From assembly GCA_964187785.1 (NCBI GenBank), contig OZ076409.1:71054001-71118000 (forward strand): 64,000 bases of DNA. Reading direction: 5' to 3'. Positions 49,301 through 62,495 of this stretch are shown piece after piece. Source of the stretch: Amphiscolops sp. MND2022 (taxonomy: Eukaryota). The number at the start of each line of letters is the position of its first letter. The first letter of the stretch is position 1. Below the pieces are notes generated by a model that saw only the letters and a program-made list of their open reading frames with translations, made no database searches and was not told the DNA's origin. The translations under genes were made by a program, and so were the position numbers.

Positions 49301-52300
49301 ACCAATATATCTACACCCAATTGCGGTAGCGGCTAGGTGCGGGGGGGTAACCCCAACAAATATATTGGAGGATTCGGGTAGGGTCCTGAATCCGATTTTA
49401 ACTCTAATAGCTATCGATAGGAAATCTTGCAAAAATTTCGGGATCTCGTGATCTAACCATAGGATTTTAAAGTTGGAGCGGCCCCCACCAGATTTTCCAA
49501 AATTATTCGCCCCCCACCGGGTTCCAGCGTGATTGAAATATTTTGTCGGGGTACACGGGCGACCGTTAGGGGTCATTTTGGGGGTAAAATTTATATAATG
49601 TCGCATAACTTTTTTCCTGTTGGATTAAAACTTTGGGACCCTGCTAAAAGTTTCTTGACCGTGTTGCGGGGGCTCCGGAGGTCCAAACCAAATTTTTCTA
49701 TCTTGAAGCTATCTCCAAGTACCCCCCCGCCCAAACCGTTATTTTTCCGGAAACGCAGGTTTTTGACCCGGAAGGAGTCGTCTGAGCGCGGGGTCGTTAG
49801 GTGATGTATTGGGGACGGCCTTGAGACGAAGCGGGGGACATGTAGTTTGCCGACCCCAGTTTACCCCCCGGACGGGAAATGACCGTTAGTTGAGCGGGAA
49901 AAATGCCCCCCTCCACGTTTTACCGCTATTTCCGGTGTGAAGGAGTGGGAGTAGCGCGTCGGGTGTTTTATATCAAAAGTAGGTTTAGACAAGGATCTAT
50001 CGGAAACATGTAGTTTGGGACCCTCTGGACCAACCCGTTAGCGGGAAATGGCGCTTCCGCTTCCTTTTTTTACTGCTAAAACCGTAAAATGGGCATTGAG
50101 GGGTAAATATCTTTTGAACGCGTGGAGCAATCGTGTCCATCACTACTACAAGGTTTCATACCCATGATATGGTGCCTTCAGGGGGGCAAACAGATTTCCG
50201 CTATCTATCACCGTTACCGACTTGGCCCCCCAGCCTAACCGCTATGTGACCGGAAATGTCACTTTTTGAGCCCAAAGGGTCGGTCCCAGCCGGGGAACGT
50301 TAGGTAACTTATTGTAGTACTCAAGGAGACGAGTTGGGGGATATAGTTTCAGTCAACCCCCGTTACCCCTTGGGACCGGAAATGACCGTTATGTGGGTAA
50401 ATTTGCATTTTTAATACTTTTTCAAGTGCATTTATGTGCGGAAGGAGTGGTAATAGGTGCTTGGACACTATATGATGTAATGGAGGTCGTGAGGAGAGCA
50501 TTCGGAAATAACCGTTATGTTGACCCTAAAGTCCCCCTGGTACCGTTAACGACCGGAAATGGTCAAATTTTGTGTCTATTGGGTACAAATGTTTGGTATT
50601 TTATGGATAAAAGTACCTGGAAGGTGTTTTAAAGGCCTCCAGAAGTGAACATAGTCATGAAACCTTGTGGGGGGTAACGGTATATAGCACCGGAAGTCCA
50701 AACCGTTGGTCACAGAATAGGTTTTTTTGTTTCAAAATGTCTTTAGGCATAGTTTTGTGGGTTGAATCGTCATAATATCAACTAATACGGACTTTTTTTC
50801 GGAAATAAAATTTTTTCACATTAGTTTCAGGGACCTCCAATGCTTCAGTCAACATAACCGTTACATTTTGATAGCCTTTCAAGTTGACCTGGTGTCAACT
50901 TGGAAGGGCTATCCTTCTAAAATCGTTAATCAAGAGTGTTTTTGGGTAGGTATATGTTGCATTAGTACCAATTAGAGCTTCATCAACAGTTTGCCAACGG
51001 CAAAAACGATGTCGTGATAATTCCGTTATAAAAATATTAGTTAACAAATTGTTTTCAAAGTTGATTTTTTCCATTAAAAATGTGTCCTAATGCCACCAAA
51101 TTGAATAAAATGGTATTGACTAAAACTAAATAACAATGAAAAAGAAGATCAACATTTTTATTAGGTCTCATTATGGAAGCTGAAACCTCACGTTTTAGTT
51201 TAATTAACGTCAACGCCACATACTTTACATCAACGCCCACCGTCTGTGGGCATGCCGAGGCATGCCCTTCGACGACGTATACCAAACAACCTCCATATCT
51301 ACACCCACCCGCGGTAGCAGCTAGGTGCGGGGGGGAAACCCCATCCTTTATCTTGGAGGATTCGGGTAGGGTCCTGAATCCGAGTTCAGTGCCGCCAGCT
51401 CTCAGTAGAAATCTGGGAAATTTTTTGCGATCTCGTGATCTAACCATAGGATTTTAAAGTTGGAGCGGCCCCCACCAGATTTTCCAAAGTTATTCGCCCC
51501 CCACCGGGTTCCAGCGTGATTGAAATATTCTGACGGGGTACACGGACGACCGTTAGGGGTCATTTTAGGGGTAAAATTTATATAATGTCGCATAACTTTT
51601 TTCCTGTTGGATTAAAACTTTGGGACCCTGCTAAAAGTTTCTTGACCGTGTTGCGGGGGCTCCGGAGGTCCAAACCAAATTTTTCTATCTTGAAGCTATC
51701 TCCAAGTACCCCCCCGCCCAAACCGTTATTTTTCCGGAAACGCAGGTTTTTGACCCGGAAGGAGTCGTCTGAGCGCGGGGTCGTTAGGTGATGTATTGGG
51801 GACGGCCTTGAGACGAAGCGGGGGACATGTAATTTGCCGACCCCAGTTTACCCCCCGGGCGGGAAATGACCGTTATATGAGCGGGAAAAATGCCCCCCTC
51901 CACGTTTTACCGCTATTTCCGGTGTGAAGGAGTGGGAGTAGCGCGTCGGGTGTTATATAACAAAAGTAGGTTTAGACAAGGACCTATCGGAAACATGTAG
52001 TTTGGGACCCCCTGGTCCAACCCGTTAGCGAGAAATGGGGCTTCCGCCTCCTTTTTTTACTGCTAAAACCGTAAAATGGGCGTTGAGGGGTAAATATCTC
52101 GTGAACGCGTGGAACAATCGTGTCCATCACTACTACAAGGTTTCATACCCATGATATGGTGCCTTCAGGGGGGCAAACAGATTTCCGCTATCTATCACCG
52201 TTACCGACTTGGCCCCCCAGCCTAACCGCTATGTGACCGGAAATGTCACTTTTTGAGCCCAAAGGGTCGGTCCCAGCCGGGGAACGTTAGGTAACTTATT

Positions 52301-55300
52301 GTAGTACTCAATGAGACGAGTTGGGGGATATAGTTTCAGTCACCCCCTGTTACCCCTTGGGACCGGAAATGACCGTTATGTGGGTAAAATTGCAATTTTT
52401 ATACTTTTTCAAGTGTATTTAGGTGCGGAAGGAGTGGTAATAGGTGCTTGGACACTATATGAGGTAAGGGAGGACGTGAGGCGAGCATTCGGAAATAACC
52501 GTTATGTTGACCCTAAAGTCCCCCTGGTACCGTAAACGACCGGAAATGGTCAAATTTTGTGTCTATTGGGTACAAATGTTTAGTATTTTGTAGATAAAAG
52601 TATCTATTAGGTGTTTCGACGGTCTGCAATAGTGAACATAGTCATGAAACGTTGTGGGGGGTAACGGGGTATATAGCACCGGAAGTCCAAACCGTTGGAC
52701 ACAGGATAGGTTTTTGGTTTGAAAATGTCTTTCGGCGTACTTTTGTCGACTATTATGGACTATTAATAAAAATTAAAGTTTTTCCATATAGTTTCAGAGA
52801 CTCCGAAACCTCAACCAACATAACCGTTATATTTTGATAGCCTTTCAAGTTGGCCTGGTGTCAACTTGGAAGCGCTATCCTTCTGAAATCGTTAATCAAG
52901 AGTGTTTTTGGGTAGGTATATATTGCATTAGTACCAGTTAGAGCTTCATCAACAGTGTATCAACGACAAAAACTATGCCGTCATGATTCCGTTATCAGAA
53001 TCATAGTGAGCAAATTGTTGAAAAAAATGGTTTTTTCCATACAAAATGTGTCCTAAATGCCAGGAAACCTATTTACCTAACAAATGGTATTAATTGGAAT
53101 GTATGTAACAGATTTATAAAAGTTCAAATTGAATATTACATTTCATTATGGAAGCTGAAACGTCATATTTTAGTTTAATTAACGTCAACGCCACACACTT
53201 TACATCAACGCCCACCGTCTGTGGGCATGCCGAGGCATGCCCTTCGACGACATATACCAAATACATACCTAACGACGCCCGTACATCCCGGGCTAGGTGC
53301 GGGGGGGTAACCCCTACAAAGATATTGGAGGATTCGGGTAGGGTCCTGAATCCGAGTTCAGTGCTGCCAGCTATCGTTAGGGAATTTTAGAAAATTTTGC
53401 CGATCTCGTGATCTAACCGTAGGATTTTAAAGTTGGAGCGGCCCCCACCAGATTTTCCAAAGTTATTCGCCCCCCACCGGGTTCCAGCGTGATTGAAATA
53501 TTTTGTCGGGGTACACGGGCGACCGTTAGGGGTCATTTTGGGGGTAAAATTTATATCCGGTCGCATAACTTTTTTCCTGTTGGTTTAAAACTTTGGGACC
53601 CTGCTAAAAGTTTCTTGACCGTGTTGCAGTGGCTCCGGAGGTCCAAACCAAATTTTTCTATCTTGAAGCTATCTCCAAGTACCCCCCCGCCCAAACCGTT
53701 ATTTTTCCGGAAACGCAGGTTTTTGACCCGGAAGGAGTCGTCTGAGCGCGGGGTCGTTAGGTGATGTATTGGGGACGGCCTTGAGACGAAGCGGGGGACA
53801 TGTAGTTTGCCGACCCCAGTTTACCCCCCGGACGGGAAATGACCGTTATTTGAGCGGGAAAAATGCCCCCTTCTACGTTTTACCGCTATTTCCGGTGTGA
53901 AGGAGTGGGAGTAGCGCGTCGGGTGTTATATAACAAAAGTAGGTTTAGGCAAGGACCTATCGGAAACATGTAGTTTGGGACCCCCTGGACCAACCCGTTA
54001 GCGGGAAATGGGGCTTCGCCTCCTTTTTTTACTGCTAAAACCGTAAAATGGGCATTGAGGGGTAAATATCTCGTGAACGCGTGGAGCTACAGTGTCCATC
54101 ACTACTACAAGGTTTCATACCCATGATATGGTGCCTTCAGGGGGGCAAACAGATTTCCGCTATCTATCACCGTTACCGACTTGCCCCCCCAGCCTAACCG
54201 CTATGTGACCGGAAATGTCACTTTTTGAGCCCAAAGGGTCGGTCCCAGCCGGGGAACGTTAGGTAACTTATTGTAGTACTCAATGAGACGAGCTGGGGGA
54301 TATAGTTTCAGTCACCCCCCGTTACCCCTTGGGACCGGAAATGACCGTTATGTGGGTAAATTGGCATTTTTTGTACTTTTTGAAGGGCATTTAGATGCGG
54401 AAGGAGTGGTAATAGGTGCTTGGACACTATATGAAGGAAGGGAGGACGTGAGGCGAGCATTCGGAAATAACCGTTATGTTGACCCTAAAGTCTCCCTGGT
54501 ACCGGAAGTGACCGGAAATTGTCAAATTTTGTGTTTTTAGGGTACAAATGTTCGGTGTTTTATGGATTAAAGTACAGGTTAGGTGTTTTCACGGTCTGCA
54601 GTAGTGAACATAGTCATGAAACCTTGTGGGGGGTAACGGTATATAGCACCGGAAGTCCAAACCGTTGGAGACAGGATAAGTTTTTTGGTTTTAAAATGTC
54701 TTTCGGCCTACTTTTGTCGACTATTATGGACTATTTTTGGAAAATAAAGTTTTTCCAAATAGTTTCAGAGACTCCGAAACCTCAACCAACATAACCGTTA
54801 CCTTATGATAGCCTTTCAAGTTGGCCTGGTGTCAACTTGGAAGGGCTATCCTTCAAAAATCATTAATCAAGTGTGTTTTTGAGTATGTTTGTATTACTTT
54901 AGAATCAATTAGAGCTTCAAGAAAAGATTGCCAACGACAAAAACTATGTCGTGATGATTCCGTTATTGGAATAATAGTTAACAAAATATTGATAAAGTTG
55001 ATTTTTTACATTTTAAATGTGTTCTAAATGCCAGAAAACCTGTTTACCAAACAAATGGAATTGATTGAATTGTATATAACAGCTAATAAAAGTTCAAATT
55101 GAATATTACGTTTCATTATGGAAGCTGAAACGTCAAATTATAGTTTAATTAACGTCAACGCCACACACTTTACATCAACGCCCACCGTCCGTAGGCATGC
55201 CGAGGCATGCCTTTCGACGACGTATACCAAATTCCACCCACACAACACCCCCGAGCGCGGTAGCAGCTAGGTGCGGGGGGGTAACCCCAACAAATATATT

Positions 55301-57242
55301 GGAGGATTCGGGTAGGGTCCTGAATCCGATTTTAACTCTAATAGCTATCGATAGGAAATCTTGCAAAAATTTCGGGATCTCGTGATCTAACCATAGGATT
55401 TTAAAGTTGGAGCGGCCCCCACCAGATTTTCCAAAGTTATTCGCCCCCCACCGGGTTCCAGCGTGATTGAAATATTTTGACGGGGTACACGGGCGACCGT
55501 TAGGGGTCATTTTGGGGGTAAAATTTTTATCCGGTCGCATAACTTTTTTCCTGTTGGATTAAAACTTTGGGACCCTGCTAAAAGTTTCTTGACCGTGTTG
55601 CGGGGGCTCCGGAGGTCCAAACCAAATTTTTCTATCTTGAAGCTATCTCCAAGTACCCCCCCGCCCAAACCGTTATTTTTCCGGAAACGCAGGTTTTTGA
55701 CCCGGAAGGAGTCGTCTGAGCGCGGGGTCGTTAGGTGATGTATTGGGGACGGCCTTGAGACGAAGCGGGGGATATATAGTTTGCCGACCCCAGTTTACCC
55801 CCCGGACGGGAAATGACCGTTATATGAGCGGGAAAAATGCCCCCCTCCACGTTTTACCGCTATTTCCGGTGTGAAGGAGTGGGAGTAGCGCTTCGGGTGC
55901 CATATATCAAAAATAAGTTTAGACAAGGACCTATCGGAAACATGTAGTTTGGGACCCCCTGGACCAACCCGTTAGCGGGAAATGGGGCTTCCGCCTCCTT
56001 TTTTTACTGCTAAAACCGTATCATGTGCAATGAGGGGTAAATATCTCGTGAACGCGTGGAGCTACGGTGTCCATCACTACTACAAGGTTTCATACCCATG
56101 ACATGGTGCCTTCAGGGGGGCAAACAGATTTCCGCTATCTATCACCGTTACGGACTTGGCCCCCCAGCCTAACCGCTATGTGACCGGAAATGTCACTTTT
56201 TGAGCCCAAAGGGTCGGTCCCAGCCGGGGAACGTTAGGTAACTTATTGTAGTACTCAATGAGACGAGTTGGGGGATATAGTTTCAGTCACCCCCCGTTAC
56301 CCCTTGAAACCGGAAATGACCGTTATGTGGGTAAATTTGCAATTTTTATACTCTTTGAAGTGCATTTATTTGCGGAAGGAGTGGTAATAGGTGCTTGGAC
56401 ACTATATGAGGTAAGGGAGGACGTGAGGCGAGCATTCGAAAATAACCGTTATGTTGACCCCAAAGTCCCCCTGGTACCGGAAGTGACCAGAAATTGTCAA
56501 ATTTTGTGTTTTTAGGGTACAAATGTTTAGTGTTTTATGGATTAAAGTACAGGTTAGGTGTTTTCACGGTCTGCAGTAGTGAACATAGTCATGAAACCTT
56601 ACGGGGGGTAACGGTATATAGCACCGGAAGACAAAAACGTTGGAGACATGTTAGGTTTTTTGGTTTTAAAATGTCTTTCGGCGTACTTTTGTCCACTATT
56701 ATGAACTATTTTTTAAAATTAAAGTTTTTCCATATAGTTTCAGAGACTCCCAAACCTCAACCAACATAGCCGTTACATTTTGATAGCCTTTCAAGTTGGC
56801 CTGGTGTCAACTTGGAAGGGCTATCCTTCAAAAATCGTTAATCAAGTGTGTTTTTGGGTATGTTTGTATCATTTTAGAATCAATTAGAGCTTCAAGAAAA
56901 GTTTGCCAACGACAAAAACTATGTCGTGATGATTCCCTTATTAGAATAAAAGTTAGCAAATTGTTAACCAAACTGATTTTTTTCCATTTAAAATGAGTCC
57001 TAAATGCCAGGACCTCTTTACCTAACAAATGGTATTGATTGGAATGTATGTAACATATTTATAAAAGTTCAAATTGATTATTACGTTTCATTATGGAAGC
57101 TGAAACGTCATATTTCAGTTTAATTAACGTCAACGCCACATACTTTACATCAACGCCCACCGTCTGTGGGCATGCCGAGGCATGCCCTTCGACGACGTAT
57201 ACCAAATACATACCCAAACGACGCCCGTACATCCCGGGCTAG
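43308..57242 (+). mobile_element. Seven class H units (1972-1991 bp; one of 2065 bp with a duplicated head)
   Basis: Joints at 45280, 47345, 49336, 51324, 53296 and 55270. Confidence 0.6.
45281..45466 (+). repeat. Exact 93-bp tandem duplication of the unit head
   Basis: 45281-45373 equals 45374-45466; the internal joint reads ...GAAATCTTG|GTGCGGGG. Confidence 0.95.
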
Positions 57243-58531
57243 GTGCCGGTGTTTTTTACACAATGGGGGAAGTTGCGCGGTTGGGGAGGGTCCCTGACGC
57301 GCTTCCGTGAGATCAGGTTTTTCAACTAGTGAAATCGACAAAGAAAATTGGGATCTCGTAAACTAGCCATACGATTTGGCTGAAATTTGGCACACGTGCC
57401 CCCCTCGGCACGGTGAAGATGATTCCCTACTGACGTTTTGCTCGCTAAACATTTTTTGTTGACCAAAATAACGGTTTTTGGGGTAAAATTTCCAACTTTT
57501 TTTGAATTTCATCTTATATCTCGCCACGGGTACACGCTAGCGCTTTCAAACCTTGCTAACGAAAGTTTGCAAACTGTCTCAGGAATGCTGTGTGAAATTT
57601 TCAGCTCATTCGGACTCAAACTCGAGGAGATATAGCGTTTTTCCGGAGCGGGGGGGTTTCATTTTTCTAACGGTCCAGCTTATCTTTGCCATTTTTTCAA
57701 AAATGTACTCGTCTAAAGGCCTCCCCTGGCCGGTTTTACTCCCAGCAAAACCATTTGGCCCTAAATACGGAGTTTCAGCGTTCCAGCATTCCCGGGCGAA
57801 AAGTTGTGGGACTTAGAAAATTTCAAAAATTTTCAAAAATTTTTTTTCCGTTATTTGGGCCCCCAAAGTGGGGGAAAAGACCCCCCAACCAGTAAAGCAA
57901 GTGAATGCATGTGCAAAGCCCTTGTTTGGACGAGAAAAATGCCGTTTAGAACGTCTTTTTATCTTGGCTCAACGTTGACTTATGACGTTTTGAAGGTGAT
58001 GTTTGGAGGTGTAAAGCACGTGAATAGTAAACGTTATGAGTATTTATCTGATCTGAAAGCCATTGAGATGCAATATGGTTTGCTCAAAACGTAATTCATT
58101 GCAGTTTGGCAATCAATCAACACCCTTTGTTGTCGTTTGACATACTTTTTTTTTGTTATAATAAAAAGTTTTGTGTATTTATTCATTTTTTTCTCATCAA
58201 ATAACTTGGAACAGTTGAGTACATTCCATCCCCCCTTCCGGGGGAGATGAGAATGTACTCGCAAAAAGCACCGAACTACGGCCCTTACCTTCCCGAGCTA
58301 CGCAGTATAAGGATTACATATTGGTTCCGACATTTTCATAGAGTTATATCTTGGTAATCTGTCTGGATATGCCGAAAAATCAGCACGTGCCTTTTAATAC
58401 CAAGTTGCTCACAACGACAATTATTTTATATCAACGCCCCCATATTTATCAACGCCCCCCGTCCGTGGGCATGCCGAGGCATGCCCTTCGACGACCCGCA
58501 CCAAAATATGCGTTAGCGCGGTAGCCGCTAG
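57243..58531 (+). mobile_element. Single class D unit (1289 bp) among class H units
   Basis: Precise CTAG|GTG joints on both sides; window nearly identical to the unit at 38198. Confidence 0.6.
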
Positions 58532-61500
58532 GTGCGGGGGGGAAACCCCATCCCTTATCTTGGAGGATTCGGGTAGGGTCCTGAATCCGAGTTCAGTGCC
58601 GCCAGCTCTCAGTAGAAATCTGGGCATTTTTTTGCGATCTCGTGATCTAACCATAGGATTTTAAAGTTGGAGCGGCCCCCACCAGATTTTCCAAAGTTAT
58701 TCGCCCCCCACCGGGTTCCAGCGTGATTGAAATATTTTGACGGGGTACACGGGCGACCGTTAGGGGTCATTTTGGGGGTAAAATTTATATCCGGTCGCAT
58801 AACTTTTTTCCTGTTGGATTAAAACTTTGGGACCCTGCTAAAAGTTTCTTGACCGTGTTGCGGGGGCTCCGGAGGTCCAAACCAAATTTTTCTATCTTGA
58901 AGCTATCTCCAAGTACCCCCCCGCCCAAACCGTTATTTTTCCGGAAACGCAGGTTTTTGACCCGGAAGGAGTCGTCTGAGCGCGGGGTCGTTAGGTGATG
59001 TATTGGGGACGGCCTTGAGACGAAGCGGGGGATATATAGTTTGCCGACCCCAGTTTACCCCCCGCACGGGAAATGACCGTTATATGAGCCGGAAAAATGC
59101 CCCCCTCCACGTTTTACCGCTATTTCCGATGGGAAGGAGTGGGAGTAGCGCGTCGGGTGTCATATATCAAAAGTAGGTTTAGACAAGGACCTATCGGAAA
59201 CATGTGGTTTGGGACCCCCTGGACCAACCAGTTAGCGGGAAATGGGGCTTCCGCCTCCTTTTTTTACTGCTAAAACCGTAAAATGGGCATTGAGGGGTAA
59301 ATATCTCGTGAACGCGTGGAGCAATCGTGTCCATCACTACTACAAGGTTTCATACCCATGATATGGTGCCTTCAGGGGGGCAAACAGATTTCCGCTATCT
59401 ATCACCGTTACCGACTTGGCCCCCCAGCCTAACCGCTATGTGACCGGAAATGTCACTTTTTGAGCCCAAAGGGTCGGTCCCAGCCGGGGAACGTTAGGTA
59501 ACTTATTGTAGTACTCAATGAGACGAGTTGGGGGATATAGTTTCAGTCAACCCCCGTTACCCCTTGGGACCGGAAATGACCGTTATGTGGGTAAATTTGC
59601 AATTTTTATACTCTTTGAAGTGTATTTAGGTGCGGAAGGAGTGGTAATAGGTGCTTGGACACTATATGATGTAATGGAGGTCGTGAGGAGAGCATTCGGA
59701 AATAACCGTTATGTTGACCCCAAAGTCCCCCTGGTACCGTTAACGACCGGAAATGGCCAAATTTTGTGTCTATTGGGTACAAATGTTTGGTATTTTATGG
59801 ATAAAAGTACCTGGAAGGTGTTTTAAAGGCCTCCAGAAGTGAACATAGTCATGAAACCTTGTGGGGGGTAACGGTATATAGCACCGGAAGTCCAAACCGT
59901 TGGTCACAGAATAGGTTTTTTGGTTTCAAAATGTCTTTAGGCATAGTTTTGTGGGTTGAATCGTCATAATATCAACTAATACGGACTTTTTTCGGAAATA
60001 AAATTTTTTCACATTAGTTTCAGGGACCTCCAATGCTTCAGTCAACATAACCGTTACATTTTGATAGCCTTTCAAGTTGACCTGGTGTCAACTTGGAAGG
60101 GCTATCCTTCTAAAATCGTTAATCAAGAGTGTTTTTGGGTAGGTATATGTTGCATTAGTACCAATTAGAGCTTCATCAACAGTTTGCCAACGGCAAAAAC
60201 GATGTCGTGATAATTCCGTTATAAAAATATTAGTTAACAAATTGTTTTCAAAGTTGATTTTTTCCATTAAAAATGTGTCCTAATGCCACCAAATTGAATA
60301 AAATAATAAATGGTATTGACTAAAACTAAATAACAATGAAAAAGAAGATCAACATTTTTATTAGGTCTCATTATGGAAGCTGAAACCTCACGTTTTAGTT
60401 TAATTAACGTCAACGCCACATACTTTACATCAACGCCCACCGTCTGTGGGCATGCCGAGGCATGCCCTTCGACGACGTATACCAAACAACCTCCATATCT
60501 ACACCCACCCGCGGTAGCAGCTAGGTGCGGGGGGGTAACCCCAACAAATATATTGGAGGATTCGGGTAGGGTCCTGGATCCGATTTTAACTCTAATAGCT
60601 ATCGATAGGAAATCTTGCAAAAATTTCGGGATCTCGTGATCTAACCATAGGATTTTAAAGTTGGAGCGGCCCCCACCAGATTTTCCGAAAATTAGCGCCC
60701 CCCACCGGGTTCCATACCCCGGAAAATTTTTTTCTGGCCACACGGGCGACCGTTAGGGGGTCATTTTAGGGGTAAAATTCATATTGGGCCACATAACTTT
60801 TTTTCTGTTGATTTAAAACTTTGGAACCCTGCTAAAAGTTTCCTGACCGTATTGCAAGGGCTCCGGAGGTCCAAACCAAATTTTTCTATCTTGAAGCTAT
60901 CTCCAAGTACCCCCCCGCTCAAACCGTTATTTTTCCGGAAACGCAGGTTTTTGACCCGGAAGGAGTCGTCTGAGCGCGGGGTCGTTAGGTGATGTATTGG
61001 GGACGGCCTTGAGACGAAGCGGGGGACATGTAGTTTGCCGACCCCAATTTACCCCCCGGACGGGAAATGACCGTTATATGAGAGGGAAAATTGCCCCCCT
61101 CCACGTTTAACCGCTATTTCCGGTGTGAAGGAGTGGGAGTAGCGCGTCGGGTGTCATATATCAAAAGTAGGTTTAGACAAGGACCTATCGGAAACATGTG
61201 GTTTGGGACCCCCTGGACCAACCCGTTAGCGGGAAATGGCGCTTCCGCCTCCTTTTTTTACTGCTAAAACCGTAAAATGGGCATTGAGGGGTAAATATCT
61301 CGTGACCGCGTGGAGCAATCGTGTCCTTCACTACTACAAGGTTTCATGCCCATCATATGGTGCCTTCAGGGGGGCAAACAGATTTCCGCTATCTATCGCC
61401 GTTACCGACTTGGCCCCCCAGCCTAACCGCTATGTGACCGGAAATGTCACTTTTTGAGCCCAAAGGGTCGGTCCCAGCCGGGGAACGTTAGGTAACTTAT

Positions 61501-62495
61501 TGTAGTACTCAATGAGACGAGTTGGGGGATATAGTTTCAGTCACCCCCCGTTACCCCTTGGGACCGGAAATGACCGTTATGTGGGTAAATTTGCATTTTT
61601 TGTACTTTTTGAAGGGCATTTAGATGCGGAAGGAGTGGTAATAGGTGCTTGGACACTATATGAAGGAAGGGAGGACGTGAGGCGAGCATTCGAAAATAAC
61701 CGTTATGTTGACCCTAAAGTCCCCCTGGTACCGTAAACGACCGGAAATGGTCAAATTTTGTGTTTAAAGGGTACAAATGTTTGGTATTTTGTAAATAAAA
61801 GTATCTATTAGGTGTTTCGACGGTTTGCAGTAGTGAACATAGTCATGAAACCTTGTGGGGGTAACGGTATATAGCACCGGAAATCCGAACCGTTGGAGAC
61901 AGGATAGGTTTTTTGGTTTTAAAATGTCTTTCGGCGTACTTTTGTCAACTATTATGGACTATTTTTAAAAATTATAGTTTTTCCATATAGTTTCAGAGAC
62001 TCCGAAACCTCAACCAACATAATCGTTACCTTATGATAGCCTTTCAAGTTGGCCTGGTGTCAACTTGGAAGGGCTATCCTTCAAAAATCGTTAATCAAGT
62101 GTGTTTTTGGGTATGTTTTTATCATTTTAGAATCAATTAGAGCTCCAAGAAAAGTTTGCCAACGACAAAAACTATGTCGTGATGATTCCGTTATTAGAAT
62201 GATGGTTAACAAAATGTTGATAAAGTTGATTTTTTACATTTCAAATGTGTCCTAAAAGCCAGAAAACCTCTTTACCAAAAAAAATGGTATTGATTGAATT
62301 GTATATAACAGGTAATAAAAGTTCAAATTGATTATTACGTTTCATTATTCAAGCTAAAACTTCATAACATAGTTTAATTAACGTCAACGCCACACACTTT
62401 ACATCAACGCCCACCGTCTGTGGGCATGCCGAGGCATGCCCTTCGACGACGTATGACAAATCCATATCAAACGACGCCCGTACATCCCGGGCTAG
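58532..62495 (+). mobile_element. Two class H units (1993 and 1971 bp)
   Basis: Joint at 60524. Confidence 0.6.

Noticed and set aside
1262..62495. CRISPR array
   Set aside because: The conserved palindromic block recurs every 1.3-2.8 kb rather than every 60-80 bp, the intervening DNA is itself repeated, and there are no cas genes.
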